Below, in pieces: positions 8,162 through 17,950 of a stretch of DNA of 64,000 nt. The first letter of the stretch is position 1, and the number at the start of each line of letters is the position of its first letter. Both the position numbers and the translations under genes were made by a program. This DNA is from Gemmatimonadota bacterium (lineage in GTDB: Bacteria; Gemmatimonadota; Gemmatimonadetes; Gemmatimonadales; GWC2-71-9), in the NCBI GenBank assembly GCA_009692185.1, contig SHZT01000001.1, positions 205,247-269,246 on the forward strand, given 5' to 3'. The notes below the pieces were generated by a model. It searched no databases. It saw nothing but the letters and a program-made list of their open reading frames with translations, and had not been told where the DNA came from.

Positions 8162-9646
8162 TCAGGTCGTGGCGGGAGCTTCCTCGGGCGGTGCGGGCAC
8201 ATCGGCCCCTGCCGGCAGGGTCACGGTGAAGGTGGTCCCCCGCCCGACCCGGCTCTTCACGTCAATCGAGCCGCCGTGGGCCTCCGCGATCCATTTGCAG
8301 ATGGCGAGCCCCAGGCCGGCGCCGGGCCGCGCGCCCGTCCGGCTCCGCGCTTCGTCCACCCGCCAGAACCGGTCGAAAATGTGGGGCAGGTCGGTCGGCG
8401 CGATACCGATGCCGGTGTCGCGGACGGTCACGTTCACGCGCTGGTCGGCCATCGCCGACTCGATCCAGACGCTCCCACCCCTCGGCGTGTACTTGATCGC
8501 GTTGGTCAGGAGGTTCATCACCATTTGGTGAATCCGGCGGGCGTCGGCGGCCAGGACCTGGGGGGACTCGGGAATGACCATCGTGACGGACACGCCGGCC
8601 TGTTCGCTCAGCATGCCTGCCGTCTCGGTGATCTCCAGGAACAACTCGCGAATGTCCACCTTCTCGAGGTGGAGCGGCGCCCGGCCCTCGTCGGCCCGGG
8701 CCAGCGTGAGCAGGGAGTCCACCATCTCGGTCATCCGCTTGACCTCGATGAGCGTCTCCTCCAGGACCTCCATCACCTCGGGCGGCGCCTTGGGATGCGT
8801 GAGCGCCCGCTCGATGCCAGACCGGAGCACCGTGAGCGGCGTCTTGAGCTCGTGCGACGCATCCGCGGTGAAGCGGCGGAGGGAGGCGAAATTCCGTTCC
8901 AGCCGGGCCAGCATGGCGTTGAGCGTTGCCGTGAGGCGCTCGATTTCGTCGCGGGAGCGGGTGGTCTGGAGGCGGCGGTGGAGGCTCCGGCCGTCGGTGA
9001 TGGCCTCGACCTCGTCCACAATGTTCTCCACCGGGCGGAGCGTCCGGCCGACCAGCAGGTAGCCGATCAGGATGGACGCGATGAGGATGATCGGCGCCAC
9101 GTAGACCATGACCGTGAGCAGTCGCTGGGGCCCGAGCACCAGTTCCGCGGTGGACGCACCGGACAGCACCCAGCGTACTTGCGCTCCCGCCTCGACGATG
9201 GACCGTACGTAGTAGCGGATCTCGCCCGCTGGAGCGCCCAGCGTCAGGCGCCCGAACCCGACGGCGGCGTCGCCCCGGCTCACCACCTGGAGCAGGCGGT
9301 CCGCCTCGGTGAACGGCAGGACCCGAGTGTCGGCCGACAGGAACAGCGGCTCCCCCGACGGACCCAGCACGATGACGAAATCGGGAATCACCGCCAGCAA
9401 GTTGGCGACCCGGAAATCCAGCTCGGGCTTTCCGGTCGCGCGGTTGGTCACCACCACCCCGCCCGGTTCCCGCTGGGATACCTGGAGCAGGGCCGCGATG
9501 ACGTCGGCCTCGAGGCGGGTACGATCGTCCAGCTCGGAGAGGCTCTCGGAGCGCTGCACCAGGTAAATGGTGAGCGCGAAGACGAACATGGTCGTGCCGA
9601 GCGCCAGGGCGTAGGACCAGGCGAGCCGGCCGCGAATGGTGAGCAT
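8162..9646 (-). CDS. Sensor histidine kinase (periplasmic loop, HAMP, HisKA, HATPase_c)
   Basis: H-box FTADASHELKTPLT, N-box NLLTNAIKYT, G-boxes DTGIGI and GLGLAICKWI; two TM segments. Confidence 0.9.
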   Translation of the reverse strand: MLTIRGRLAWSYALALGTTMFVFALTIYLVQRSESLSELDDRTRLEADVIAALLQVSQREPGGVVVTNRATGKPELDFRVANLLAVIPDFVIVLGPSGEPLFLSADTRVLPFTEADRLLQVVSRGDAAVGFGRLTLGAPAGEIRYYVRSIVEAGAQVRWVLSGASTAELVLGPQRLLTVMVYVAPIILIASILIGYLLVGRTLRPVENIVDEVEAITDGRSLHRRLQTTRSRDEIERLTATLNAMLARLERNFASLRRFTADASHELKTPLTVLRSGIERALTHPKAPPEVMEVLEETLIEVKRMTEMVDSLLTLARADEGRAPLHLEKVDIRELFLEITETAGMLSEQAGVSVTMVIPESPQVLAADARRIHQMVMNLLTNAIKYTPRGGSVWIESAMADQRVNVTVRDTGIGIAPTDLPHIFDRFWRVDEARSRTGARPGAGLGLAICKWIAEAHGGSIDVKSRVGRGTTFTVTLPAGADVPAPPEEAPATT

Positions 9647-10314
9647 CAGGCCTTCAGGACGTAGCCCACGCCGCGCACCGTGTGGATGAGCTTGGGCGTA
9701 CGGAGGTGATCCAGCTTTTTCCGCAGCCGGTTGATGACCACGTCCACGATGTTGGTGCCCGGGTCGAAATGGTAATTCCAGGCGTACTCGGTGATGAGCG
9801 TGCGGGAGAGCACGCGCCCCGGGTTTCGCGCGAGGTATTCGAGCACGACGTATTCCTTGGGAGTCAGCTCGATGGCGACGTCGGCGCGGCGCACCTCGCG
9901 GCTCCCGGTGTCGATCGTGAGGTCCGCGATCTGCACGACCGGCGACACGATGGACTTGGGCCGCCGGGCCACCGCCTCCACCCGGGCGAGCAGTTCCTCG
10001 AACGCGAACGGCTTGGTGACGTAGTCATCGGCGCCGGCGCGGAGGGCCTGGACCTTGGATTCGAGAGCGTCCTGCGCGGTGAGGACGACGACCGGCGTGG
10101 TGATCCCGCGGTCACGGAGGGTGCGAAGCACTTCGATGCCGTTCATTTTCGGGAGCCGCAAGTCGAGCACGACGACGTCATACTGGCCGCTGGTCGCCCG
10201 CCGCAGTCCTTCTTCGCCATCGTCCACCAGGTCCGCGTACATCCGCTGTTCTTCGAGGCCGCGCTGTACGAACTGGCCGACGGTCCGGTCGTCCTCGATG
10301 ACCAGGACTTTCAC
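9646..10314 (-). CDS. OmpR-family response regulator
   Basis: GTG start at 10314. Receiver domain (VLVIEDD, DVVVLDLRLPKMNG, KPF) plus winged-helix output (LTPKEYVVLEYL, VRGVGY). Its stop overlaps the kinase start. Confidence 0.9.
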   Translation of the reverse strand: MKVLVIEDDRTVGQFVQRGLEEQRMYADLVDDGEEGLRRATSGQYDVVVLDLRLPKMNGIEVLRTLRDRGITTPVVVLTAQDALESKVQALRAGADDYVTKPFAFEELLARVEAVARRPKSIVSPVVQIADLTIDTGSREVRRADVAIELTPKEYVVLEYLARNPGRVLSRTLITEYAWNYHFDPGTNIVDVVINRLRKKLDHLRTPKLIHTVRGVGYVLKA

Positions 10315-11092
10315 CCTTCGCCGGACCCCCTGATCGGCAAACAGACGCGGAAAATGGACCCCCGGTCCGGCTGGGATTCGACCATGATGCGTCCATGGTG
10401 CTCCGCCACGATCCCGTAGCAGATGGACAGGCCGAGCCCCGTGCCGCGCCCCGGCGGCTTCGTCGTATAAAACGGCTCGAAGATCTTGGGCATGTCTTCC
10501 CGCGCGATGCCGTGGCCAGTGTCGGCAATGGACACGCGGACCTCGTCCTTCCGTTCGGGATTGAGCTCGGTGGTGACGGTGAGCGAGCCCGCGCCGTCCA
10601 TCGAGTCGATGGCGTTGATCATGAGGTCCAGGAATACCTGAAGCAACTGCTTGGCGTTGGCGAAGATCTCGGGCAGGCCCTCCGCCAGCTCGCGTTCCAG
10701 CTTGATCTGCTTGATTCGGGAAGCGACGCTTCGAGGAGCCCCAGGTGTTCGCCCGCGTGGGACAGCGGTATGCGGACCTGCCGGCGGTCGCCCACACGCT
10801 CCTGTGACTCCCCTTCTTTGACCTGCCGGGAGACCCGGTCGGCATCCTCGGAGCCGGGCTCGTCTCCACCGGCGGCCACGAATGCGCGGAAGGCCGATCC
10901 GTCGGGCGTGCGTACCCAGATTCGGCAATCCCGGGCCCCCACGCCGCGCTCCACGGCTGCGATGATGCCCTGGAATACCTCGTCGGTGCCAATCCCCGCC
11001 TCGAGGTAGCCGGTAACCTCGCGCAGCACGCGGAGACCCGGGTACTTTTCCAGGTCCACGGCTTCCGGTGCGGTTCGCACGGCCTCGTTCAC
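10311..11092 (-). pseudogene. Decayed GAF-histidine kinase; DHp/H-box missing and reading frame broken
   Basis: A GAF-like N-terminus (ORF 10619..11092) reads up to LGLLEASLPE. An intact HATPase_c (N-box FLDLMINAIDSM, DTGHGI, GTGLGLSICYGI) then continues in another frame to 10311. No H-box is present in any frame between them. Confidence 0.55.
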
Positions 11093-11142
11093 ACCGAGAA
11101 CCTATCGCTCGCGGACGCTGGGCGACACGACGAGCCGCGCCG

Positions 11143-11607
11143 TCACGCCAGCGCCGCGATCTGGCGCAGCAACTCGGCGTTGTCCCGCTTGTGACCCAGC
11201 TCGGCTTCGACGTGGCTCCAGCGCAGAACGCCTTTGCCATCCACCAGGAAATACGCCCGCTTCGAGTGGAACTTCTCCTCGATGAGCACGCCGTATGTCC
11301 GGCTGACATCGCGGCGGAAGTCGGAGAGCAGGTCCACCGTGATGCGTTCCTGCGCCTGGAAGGCCTTGAGGGATGGCACCATGTCCACCGAGATGCCGAG
11401 CACCTTGACCCCGGTGTCGGCGAAGGTCCCGAGCTCCTTCGAGAAATCGCAGAACTCGGCCGTGCAGGTCCGGGTGAACGCCAGCGGGAAGAACGCAAGG
11501 AGGACGGGCTTCCCCTGGAGACCGGAGAGCGTGACGTCGCCGCCCGCGGTCGACGGCAGGGTGAAATCGGGCGCCGGGGCGTGGGCGGCCGGGACGGTTT
11601 GGGGCAT
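11143..11607 (-). CDS. Peroxiredoxin (AhpC/TSA, Bcp/AhpE-like)
   Basis: PAPDFTLPS...GKPVLLAFFPLAFTRTCTAEFC with the peroxidatic Cys context. GGAGA lies 6 nt upstream of ATG 11607. Confidence 0.85.
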   Translation of the reverse strand: MPQTVPAAHAPAPDFTLPSTAGGDVTLSGLQGKPVLLAFFPLAFTRTCTAEFCDFSKELGTFADTGVKVLGISVDMVPSLKAFQAQERITVDLLSDFRRDVSRTYGVLIEEKFHSKRAYFLVDGKGVLRWSHVEAELGHKRDNAELLRQIAALA

Positions 11608-11723
11608 CTGGTCTCCGTGTCTCACTGCGTCGCGGGTCGTGAGTAAGTTAACGAGGTGGTCGCTCCCTTGTGCCCTCCCGGGTGCGACGACTTATTACGA
11701 AACACAACCCGAGGAGCGAGACG

Positions 11724-12332
11724 ATGGCGTACGAACTTCCCAAGCTGCCCTACGGCTTCGACGCGCTGGAGCCGCATATCGATACCCAGACCATGCAGAT
11801 CCACCACGGCAAGCACCACCAGGCCTACGTCACCAACCTCAACGCCGCCCTCGACAAGCACCCGGAGTTGCACAAGAAGGGGCTGGCCGAGTTGCTGGCG
11901 GACATCGCGACGGTCCCCGAGGACATTCGCGGCCCGGTGCGCAACAACGGCGGCGGGCATTTCAACCACTCGATGTTCTGGGAAACCATGGGCCCCAAGG
12001 GCGGCGGCGAGCCGAAGGGGAAACTGGCTGCCGCGATCCAGGCGGCGTTCGGAGAATTCGCCACGTTCAAGGAACAGTTCGCGGCCGCCGGCGTGGGACG
12101 GTTCGGCAGCGGCTGGGCCTGGCTGATCGCCAATCACGGCAAGGTCTTCATTGAGAGCACGCCCAACCAGGACAACCCGATCATGGACGGCAAGGCCGCC
12201 GTGCTCGGGCTCGACGTGTGGGAGCATGCCTACTACCTCAAGTACCAGAACCGCCGGGCGGACTACATCGCGGCCTGGTGGAACGTGGTCAACTGGGCGG
12301 AAGTCGGGAAACGTTTTGAAGGAGCCAAGTGA
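11724..12332 (+). CDS. sodA: Fe/Mn superoxide dismutase
   Basis: [36 protein letters not shown] and [15 protein letters not shown] motifs; GAGGAG RBS upstream of the ATG. Confidence 0.92.
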   Translation: MAYELPKLPYGFDALEPHIDTQTMQIHHGKHHQAYVTNLNAALDKHPELHKKGLAELLADIATVPEDIRGPVRNNGGGHFNHSMFWETMGPKGGGEPKGKLAAAIQAAFGEFATFKEQFAAAGVGRFGSGWAWLIANHGKVFIESTPNQDNPIMDGKAAVLGLDVWEHAYYLKYQNRRADYIAAWWNVVNWAEVGKRFEGAK

Positions 12333-12333
12333 C

Positions 12334-12750
12334 ATGAACACGCGAATCGGAGTTCTGGCCCTGCTCGGCGGCGTCCTGGTGGCGGCCGCGTGGCAGGCAA
12401 GGGCGACGGCGGAGATCGTGTCCCCCGCGAACCGCGCCACGGTATCCAGCCCCGTCAAGCTGGTGCTCAAGGCGACCGGCGTGGAGATCACGCCAGCCAC
12501 CGAGGAGCGCGCCGGCACGGGGCACCATCACCTCTTCGTGGACCACGACGTCACGGTGGTCAACGACACAATCCCCCGGGGCGTGAGCGGCATCCTGCAC
12601 CTGGGCCGGGGACAGACGGAGTTCGTGTTCGACTCGACGACGACCGTCCTCAAGCCCGGTTCTCACCGGATCATCGACGTGGTGGCCGACTGGCATCACT
12701 CGCCGCTCAAGCCGTGGGCCGCAGACACGGTGACATTCACGGTGAAGTAG
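12334..12750 (+). CDS. Secreted DUF4399-like protein
   Basis: Signal peptide, then the GTGHHHLFVD motif. Starts 1 nt after the sodA stop. Confidence 0.65.
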   Translation: MNTRIGVLALLGGVLVAAAWQARATAEIVSPANRATVSSPVKLVLKATGVEITPATEERAGTGHHHLFVDHDVTVVNDTIPRGVSGILHLGRGQTEFVFDSTTTVLKPGSHRIIDVVADWHHSPLKPWAADTVTFTVK

Positions 12751-12783
12751 GAACAGGGAAACGAGCGAAGGGGTGAACGAGGC
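12751..12783. repeat. Degenerate copy of the GAACGAG motif family
   Basis: GAACAGGGAAACGAGCGAAGGGGTGAACGAGG, between the DUF4399 stop and the antiporter start. Confidence 0.4.
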
Positions 12784-14020
12784 AGGCCCCGGAGTCACCC
12801 GGACCGTCGCCCTCTACATCGCCAGCGCCGCCGCATCCGCGACGGCGTTTTGGTTGATTGCCCGCTACGGAGCCCAGTTGACCCCCGGGTCGCCCGCCCT
12901 GCCAGAGGCGGTCCGCGCACCTGCTTATCCCGCCCCCTCGATCAGCCTGGTGCATGTCCTGGTGGCGCTGGCTGTGATTGTCGCGACCGCGCGAATGACG
13001 GGTTACCTCTTCGCCCTCCTCAAACAACCGCGGGTGATCGGCGAGGTGCTCGCCGGCCTTCTGCTGGGGCCGTCCGCCCTTGGCCGGATTGCACCCGGTC
13101 TCAGCGACGGCTTGTTCGGCGCAGACACCGTTCCGTCCCTCGCCCTGCTGGCCCAGGTGGGCGTCGTCGGCTTCATGTTCCTCGTGGGCCTGGACCTCGA
13201 CACCGCCCACCTCCGCGCGCGGACCCGTTCAGCCATCACCATTTCGCACACGAGCGTTGTGGTCCCCTTCCTCCTGGGGTCGCTGCTCGCGCTCTTCCTG
13301 TATCCGCGGCTCGGCACCGCCGGCGTGCCCTTCGCCGATTTCGCGCTGTTCCTCGGCGTGTCGATGGCCGTCACCGCGTTCCCCGTGCTCGCCCGCATCG
13401 TGACCGAACGTGGACTCCTCCACACCACCGTGGGGACGCTGGCGCTTTCCTCGGCCGCGGTGGGTGACGTCGCAGCGTGGTGCCTGCTGGGGTTCCTCAC
13501 GGCACACGCCGCGGGCGGCGGGGACACGGGCGTTGACCCGCGGGCCTTCTTCGTGTCCGGTGCCTTCATGGCGGGCCTCCTGACGCCGAGGGGAGCCCGG
13601 GTCGCCGAGCCGCTCCGGCGCGTCATCGGAGGCACGTCACTGGTGCTCCTCCCGGTGTTCTTCGCCCTTACCGGCCTCAAGACCCGCGTGCAGCTCGTCG
13701 ACGGCGCCGTCGCCTGGGCGCTCTGCGCCGCCATTCTCGCGACTGCCTGCATCGGGAAGATGGGGGGCGGCATCATCGCGTCCCGGCTCACCGGACTTGG
13801 CTGGCGCGACTCGGCCGCGATCGGGGCTCTCATGAATACCCGGGGCCTGGTGGAGCTGGTCGTGCTCAACCTCGGGCTGGAACTGGGCATCATCTCGCCC
13901 ACCCTGTTCGCGATGCTGGTCATCATGGCCGTGATAACCACGGCGGCGACGATGCCCATGCTGCAGGTGATCGAGCGAACGAGGGAACGTTCTTTCTCCG
14001 TTCCACCATCGCTATCTTGA
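12773..14020 (+). CDS. Cation:proton antiporter (CPA2/Kef-type Na+/H+ exchanger family)
   Basis: Polytopic protein with LKQPRVIGEVLAGLLLGPS, FLVGLDLD, FPVLARI and GALMNTRGLVELVVLN segments. Confidence 0.85.
   Translation: MNEAGPGVTRTVALYIASAAASATAFWLIARYGAQLTPGSPALPEAVRAPAYPAPSISLVHVLVALAVIVATARMTGYLFALLKQPRVIGEVLAGLLLGPSALGRIAPGLSDGLFGADTVPSLALLAQVGVVGFMFLVGLDLDTAHLRARTRSAITISHTSVVVPFLLGSLLALFLYPRLGTAGVPFADFALFLGVSMAVTAFPVLARIVTERGLLHTTVGTLALSSAAVGDVAAWCLLGFLTAHAAGGGDTGVDPRAFFVSGAFMAGLLTPRGARVAEPLRRVIGGTSLVLLPVFFALTGLKTRVQLVDGAVAWALCAAILATACIGKMGGGIIASRLTGLGWRDSAAIGALMNTRGLVELVVLNLGLELGIISPTLFAMLVIMAVITTAATMPMLQVIERTRERSFSVPPSLS
13973..14004. repeat. Copy of the GAACGAG(G/C)G motif with a short inverted partner, at the antiporter 3' end
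   Basis: GAGCGAACGAGGGAACG ... CGTTCC; encodes the protein tail ..ERTRERSFSV. Confidence 0.5.
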
Positions 14021-14028
14021 ACACCATC

Positions 14029-14101
14029 GGGGCGGTAGCTCAGTTGGGAGAGCACGTGGTTTGCAACCACGGGGTCGTGGGTTCGAATCCCATCCGCTCC
14101 A
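14029..14101 (+). tRNA. tRNA-Ala (anticodon UGC)
   Basis: 73-nt cloverleaf read by eye. Acceptor GGGGCGG/CCGCTCC with the G3:U70 Ala identity pair, anticodon loop TTTGCAA, T-arm GTGGGTTCGAATCCCAT. CCA is not encoded. Confidence 0.95.
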
Positions 14102-14103
14102 CT

Positions 14104-14643
14104 ATGACACGCACTGCGATCATCGCCACGCTGCTGGTTGCCGCCGGGTGCTCCGGGGGCCGGGAGCAGGCCGCCCTGCCCCAGGACGCCGGAGCCAGGA
14201 CCGGCAAGTCGCGGTACACGACGCCCACGGTCACTCCCCCAACCCCACCGCCCCCGGCACCGGCCCCCGCGGTCGCACTCGCGCCGACGGCGCTGGGCAG
14301 CCTCATGACCGGGGCCTGGGACATTTCGCCGACCGGCGTCTTCGGCCCCCACCTCACCATTACCGTAGACTCGGCACGGGGCCCCGTGTTTTTCGGGCGA
14401 CTCACCCGAGTCGTGGCGGGCAGCGACGTCCTTCTCGACACCGACCGTTTCGAGCGGTTCGTGGGCATCATCGGCCCGGATTCCGTGGCGCGATTGACCG
14501 TGACGTGGAAGGACAAGCTCTCACCGCCCGCCGAGATCGCGGGGAAGGTGTCGGCCGGCGAGTGGCGTCTTTCCCGGTTCGTCTGGGGCGGCGAGCAACA
14601 GGTAGTGCAGAACCACATCTGGACGGGGCGGAAAGCGAAATAA
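14104..14643 (+). CDS. Hypothetical lipoprotein
   Basis: The ATG lies 3 nt after the tRNA. Signal peptide with lipobox LVAAGC, then a Pro-rich linker. No recognisable domain. Confidence 0.5.
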   Translation: MTRTAIIATLLVAAGCSGGREQAALPQDAGARTGKSRYTTPTVTPPTPPPPAPAPAVALAPTALGSLMTGAWDISPTGVFGPHLTITVDSARGPVFFGRLTRVVAGSDVLLDTDRFERFVGIIGPDSVARLTVTWKDKLSPPAEIAGKVSAGEWRLSRFVWGGEQQVVQNHIWTGRKAK

Positions 14644-14723
14644 CGAGGGAACGAGCGAACGCGATAAGGGGCGACCGATCTTTGGTCGCCCCTTTCGTTC
14701 CTCCGTTATCTCGTTCGCTCGTC
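14642..14723. repeat. Long imperfect palindrome with AACGAG-type repeat arms; core GC hairpin 14666-14694 is a likely bidirectional terminator
   Basis: Left arm AACGAGGGAACGAGCGAACG and right arm CGTTCCTCCGTTATCTCGTTCGCTCG flank AAGGGGCGACC-n7-GGTCGCCCCTT, between convergent genes. Confidence 0.6.
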
Positions 14724-15118
14724 TACGGTGCCAACGCCACCGAGTACCCGGTCAGCGAGTTGCGCGTCGCGTGGGCGCGGTTGGACACGGCCTGGATCGT
14801 CAGGGCGTAGGTGCCCGTGAGTTTTGTGTTTGACACGGCGACCCGGAACAGCGTGCCGGCCACAATCGGGCCCGTGAGGACGCCCTTGTATTGATTGTCG
14901 CTGACCTTCACGACGAAGAGCTTGCAACCGGCGCAGGCCGACGACACGCCGGTAATCACCTCGGGCGCGGTCGCGTTGGCGACGAACTGAATCGCGCCGT
15001 CATCCGAATTCGGCGTCGTCAGGCTGACGTTGAACTCGCCCGCCGTGGGGCCTTCCTTGCACGACGTGGCCAGGAGGGCCAGCGCCACGCCCGCCAGGGT
15101 CACCAGGTTGCGATTCAT
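14723..15118 (-). CDS. Hypothetical lipoprotein
   Basis: Signal peptide with lipobox LATSC; 131 aa; directly downstream of the M6 protease gene. Confidence 0.55.
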   Translation of the reverse strand: MNRNLVTLAGVALALLATSCKEGPTAGEFNVSLTTPNSDDGAIQFVANATAPEVITGVSSACAGCKLFVVKVSDNQYKGVLTGPIVAGTLFRVAVSNTKLTGTYALTIQAVSNRAHATRNSLTGYSVALAP

Positions 15119-15135
15119 TGAGGTGCCTCCCCGCT

Positions 15136-17724
15136 CTACAAGCTCGGCACCACAGATGCGGCGGCCGGAGCTGCATTGGTCTTCTCAACCCAGGCGAGGA
15201 AGTCGCCCACATCGTACGCGCTGCTCTTGTTCCCGATGAGGTCCAGGTAGCGCATGTCATCGGTGGAAAGGGTCGCGGTCGTACCCAGAAGGGCGCCGAG
15301 CACGTTGGCCAGGGTCAGGCTTGGCTCGGTGGCGTTTATCGATACGGCGGCGTCCGCGGTCTGCACGCCGGACGTGGCGCGCACGTTGGCGGTGAATGCC
15401 CCCGACACCGTCGAGGTACCGCTCACTGAACCATCTGCCGCGAGCGTCACGCCGGCTGGGAACGCCCCACCCACCTGGCTCCACGTGTAGAGGCCCGTGC
15501 CGCCCGTCGCGGCGAGCGTCGTCGTGTACGGCTTCCCCATGACCGGCGCGAGTGCGCTCGGGGCCGTGACCGCGAGCGAGGGCGAGAACACGGCCACCAC
15601 GGCGTACGGCTTCCCCATGGTCAACACGAGCGGGTTGGTCGTGACGTTGGTGTCACCGGTCCAACGCTCGAACACCTGCCCGGCGCCGGGCGTCGCGGTC
15701 AAGGTCATGCCGCTGGCCTTGGTGACGAATGTGCCGTTCGTATGGTCCACCGACGGGGATGAGGCAACCGTGCCGGTCCCCTGGACGGTGGCCTGGACTT
15801 TGACCTTGGTCGCGACGACCGCGGAAATCGAGTCGCCCGCGAAAGTACCGTTGATGTTGTGCGTCCGGAGCCCAGCATCCGACCAGGAAACCCAGACGAA
15901 CTGCGTCTTGCCGTCAGCCGTGGTCTGGGCGGAGTCCATGGAAATGCTGTGAATCGAACCGTCGGTGAAGAGGCCGGTGAACCGACTATAGGCCGTGCCG
16001 TCCACCTTCACCTGGGCGGTAGTGTCGGCCGCGCGGATCACTGTGACGCCACCGAACGCAATCTGGAAACTCATCGCGCCATCGGGGGCGACCTGGGTGA
16101 TATTGGAGATTTCCCAACCGATGAACGTGGAATCGACATGCTTGTTCGCGGCCGGCGTTGTGTTGAACGAGAACCGATTGTTGGGGAGCGAATCCACACC
16201 GTTCGCGCTGTAGCCGGGGAACAGGTCGCCCGCGTCGCCGCGGTTGGCGGCCGTCTCGAGCTGTTTTCGGTTGTCGGCTTGAACGAGCGTGAGGCCGTGG
16301 AATGTACCCGCGTTCATCTGGTTGACGCTCTTGCTCTGCTGGATCTTGGCCGAGTCCACCTGCCAGATAGCAAGCCCGCCATGGCAATTGGTGGGGAAGA
16401 CGAGGCCGCTCTTTGTGCACACGGTGCGGATGAGGGCCGTGTCGGACTGGGAGCCCTGCCGGTTCTCCAGCAGGAAGTACTCCTTCCGCGTGTTCGTGCC
16501 CTGTACCCGCACCAGGAACGTCGTGTCGGACGTCGGGGCCGGCCCGAACGAGTATGTGCCGTTGACGGTGATCGGACGGACCGTCACCCAGCCCAACTCG
16601 TTCAGTGACCATGCTTCCATGCGGGAGGGCGACGCGCCGCTCGACTGGTTGCCGCTCCCCATGAGGCCCCAGTTCCCGATGCCTTCGGATGACTGTTGAG
16701 TGTCGTACAGGTCCGGGAGCCCGAACGCGTGCCCCGACTCGTGTGCCGCCGTGCCGATGGACATGATCTGCGTCGGCTGGTTGCACCCCTGGGAACCGCC
16801 CACGCCCGACTGGAGCGTATAGTCGCGGAAACGGATGTTGCCGAACCCGGCCTTGGCACTGAGGTCGTTGGTGGTAACCGACATGGTCGAGCGGTGGGAC
16901 CACAGGTGCTGGTTGGTCGAGCTCCGGCAGGCGCCATCCAGCTCCGAGTGAATGAATATGGCCATGTCCACGAAGCCGTCATCATCACCCGAGTTGGCAG
17001 TACCGTCCGGGCCGTCATTGTCGAACTGCGAGAAGTTCACAGTCCCGTCGTACTTGGCCACCGCCTGCGTCAGTGCGTTCCGCATGGCGGTCGTCGCCGT
17101 GCCGCTCCAGATACCGTTGCAGTTTGAGTTGCCGTACGGGTTGGACCCGGAGCAGTTCTGCCCGCCCGTGTAGGTCCCTTCCGGACTCGCGAGCGTATCC
17201 CACCCAATAACGACGCCCTGGAGATCCAGCAGACCGTTGGACATCTGGTTGTAGAAGCTGCGAATCGAGTACGGCGTGCCGTAGGGGAATCCCGTGGGCG
17301 CCGTCGCGCTGAACAGGAGCTGGTTGTACTTGGACGTGTCACCCGCGCCGGCCGCGAGACCGGGCGCCCGGGCACTGTCGGCAAAGGAGAACAGAATAGC
17401 GGGAATCTTCTTTACGCCGCTCACCGCGGCGGGCGCGGGCACGGTACTGGGCGCCGCCATCGCCGCGTTGAGTCCCCGCCAGTTGCCCTGCTGCATGAGC
17501 AGGCGCCGCTGGGCCGCGACGCGGCGGGCGAGGACTCGCCACGCGCCGTCGGGGGCGAAGTCGAACACATCACCGTCGGCGTTGCGCAGGACCTCGGGCG
17601 CACGCTGACCCTGCGCGTGCGCGGAGGCAGGGACCGCGAGCGCGGCGACCGCGAGAAGGACGACAAGACGTGCCAGTGTGCGATGCATCACAACTCCCGC
17701 AGGCACTTGAGATAACGTCACCAA
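15136..17724 (-). CDS. M6-family (immune inhibitor A-like) secreted zinc metalloprotease with C-terminal Ig-like and dockerin-like regions
   Basis: HESGHAFGLPDLYD zinc motif and a signal peptide. The likely start is MHRTLARL at 17688. The C-terminal segment reads LDLIGNKSSAYDVGDFLAWV. Confidence 0.85.
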   Translation of the reverse strand: MVTLSQVPAGVVMHRTLARLVVLLAVAALAVPASAHAQGQRAPEVLRNADGDVFDFAPDGAWRVLARRVAAQRRLLMQQGNWRGLNAAMAAPSTVPAPAAVSGVKKIPAILFSFADSARAPGLAAGAGDTSKYNQLLFSATAPTGFPYGTPYSIRSFYNQMSNGLLDLQGVVIGWDTLASPEGTYTGGQNCSGSNPYGNSNCNGIWSGTATTAMRNALTQAVAKYDGTVNFSQFDNDGPDGTANSGDDDGFVDMAIFIHSELDGACRSSTNQHLWSHRSTMSVTTNDLSAKAGFGNIRFRDYTLQSGVGGSQGCNQPTQIMSIGTAAHESGHAFGLPDLYDTQQSSEGIGNWGLMGSGNQSSGASPSRMEAWSLNELGWVTVRPITVNGTYSFGPAPTSDTTFLVRVQGTNTRKEYFLLENRQGSQSDTALIRTVCTKSGLVFPTNCHGGLAIWQVDSAKIQQSKSVNQMNAGTFHGLTLVQADNRKQLETAANRGDAGDLFPGYSANGVDSLPNNRFSFNTTPAANKHVDSTFIGWEISNITQVAPDGAMSFQIAFGGVTVIRAADTTAQVKVDGTAYSRFTGLFTDGSIHSISMDSAQTTADGKTQFVWVSWSDAGLRTHNINGTFAGDSISAVVATKVKVQATVQGTGTVASSPSVDHTNGTFVTKASGMTLTATPGAGQVFERWTGDTNVTTNPLVLTMGKPYAVVAVFSPSLAVTAPSALAPVMGKPYTTTLAATGGTGLYTWSQVGGAFPAGVTLAADGSVSGTSTVSGAFTANVRATSGVQTADAAVSINATEPSLTLANVLGALLGTTATLSTDDMRYLDLIGNKSSAYDVGDFLAWVEKTNAAPAAASVVPSL

Positions 17725-17881
17725 GCTACGTTAGCCGGGGGCACGAAACCAGACCGTGCCGTGGGTCACCCGGAACCTTCAGGGCTCGCAGGGGGTGACA
17801 CCCGGGGATACGCGCCACCCCTACGCGGGGCCTCGGGCTAAGAGGCCGTCCCGTCGTGACATGGCTCACGTCCGGCAACCC

Positions 17882-17910
17882 TTGTGGAGGAGGGAGTCGA
17901 GGGCTAAAAT
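17882..17910 (+). promoter_or_regulatory. Putative sigma70-type promoter upstream of the alpha-oxoamine synthase cluster
   Basis: TTGTGG, 17 nt, TAAAAT, about 40 nt upstream of the TTG start at 17951. Confidence 0.25.
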
Positions 17911-17950
17911 CGTAGAGTCCATTCCCTAAACCGTAATCCCTGAGGCGCCG

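Noticed and set aside
10315-10992. Upstream extension of ORF 9646..10992 beyond the response regulator
   Set aside because: The sequence is Arg/Pro-rich with no receiver-domain features. The regulator starts cleanly at GTG 10314, overlapping the upstream stop.
14029-15118. Genomic island or prophage integrated at tRNA-Ala
   Set aside because: No integrase, no direct repeat of the tRNA 3' end, and no compositional shift that I could see downstream. The neighbours are ordinary lipoprotein and protease genes.
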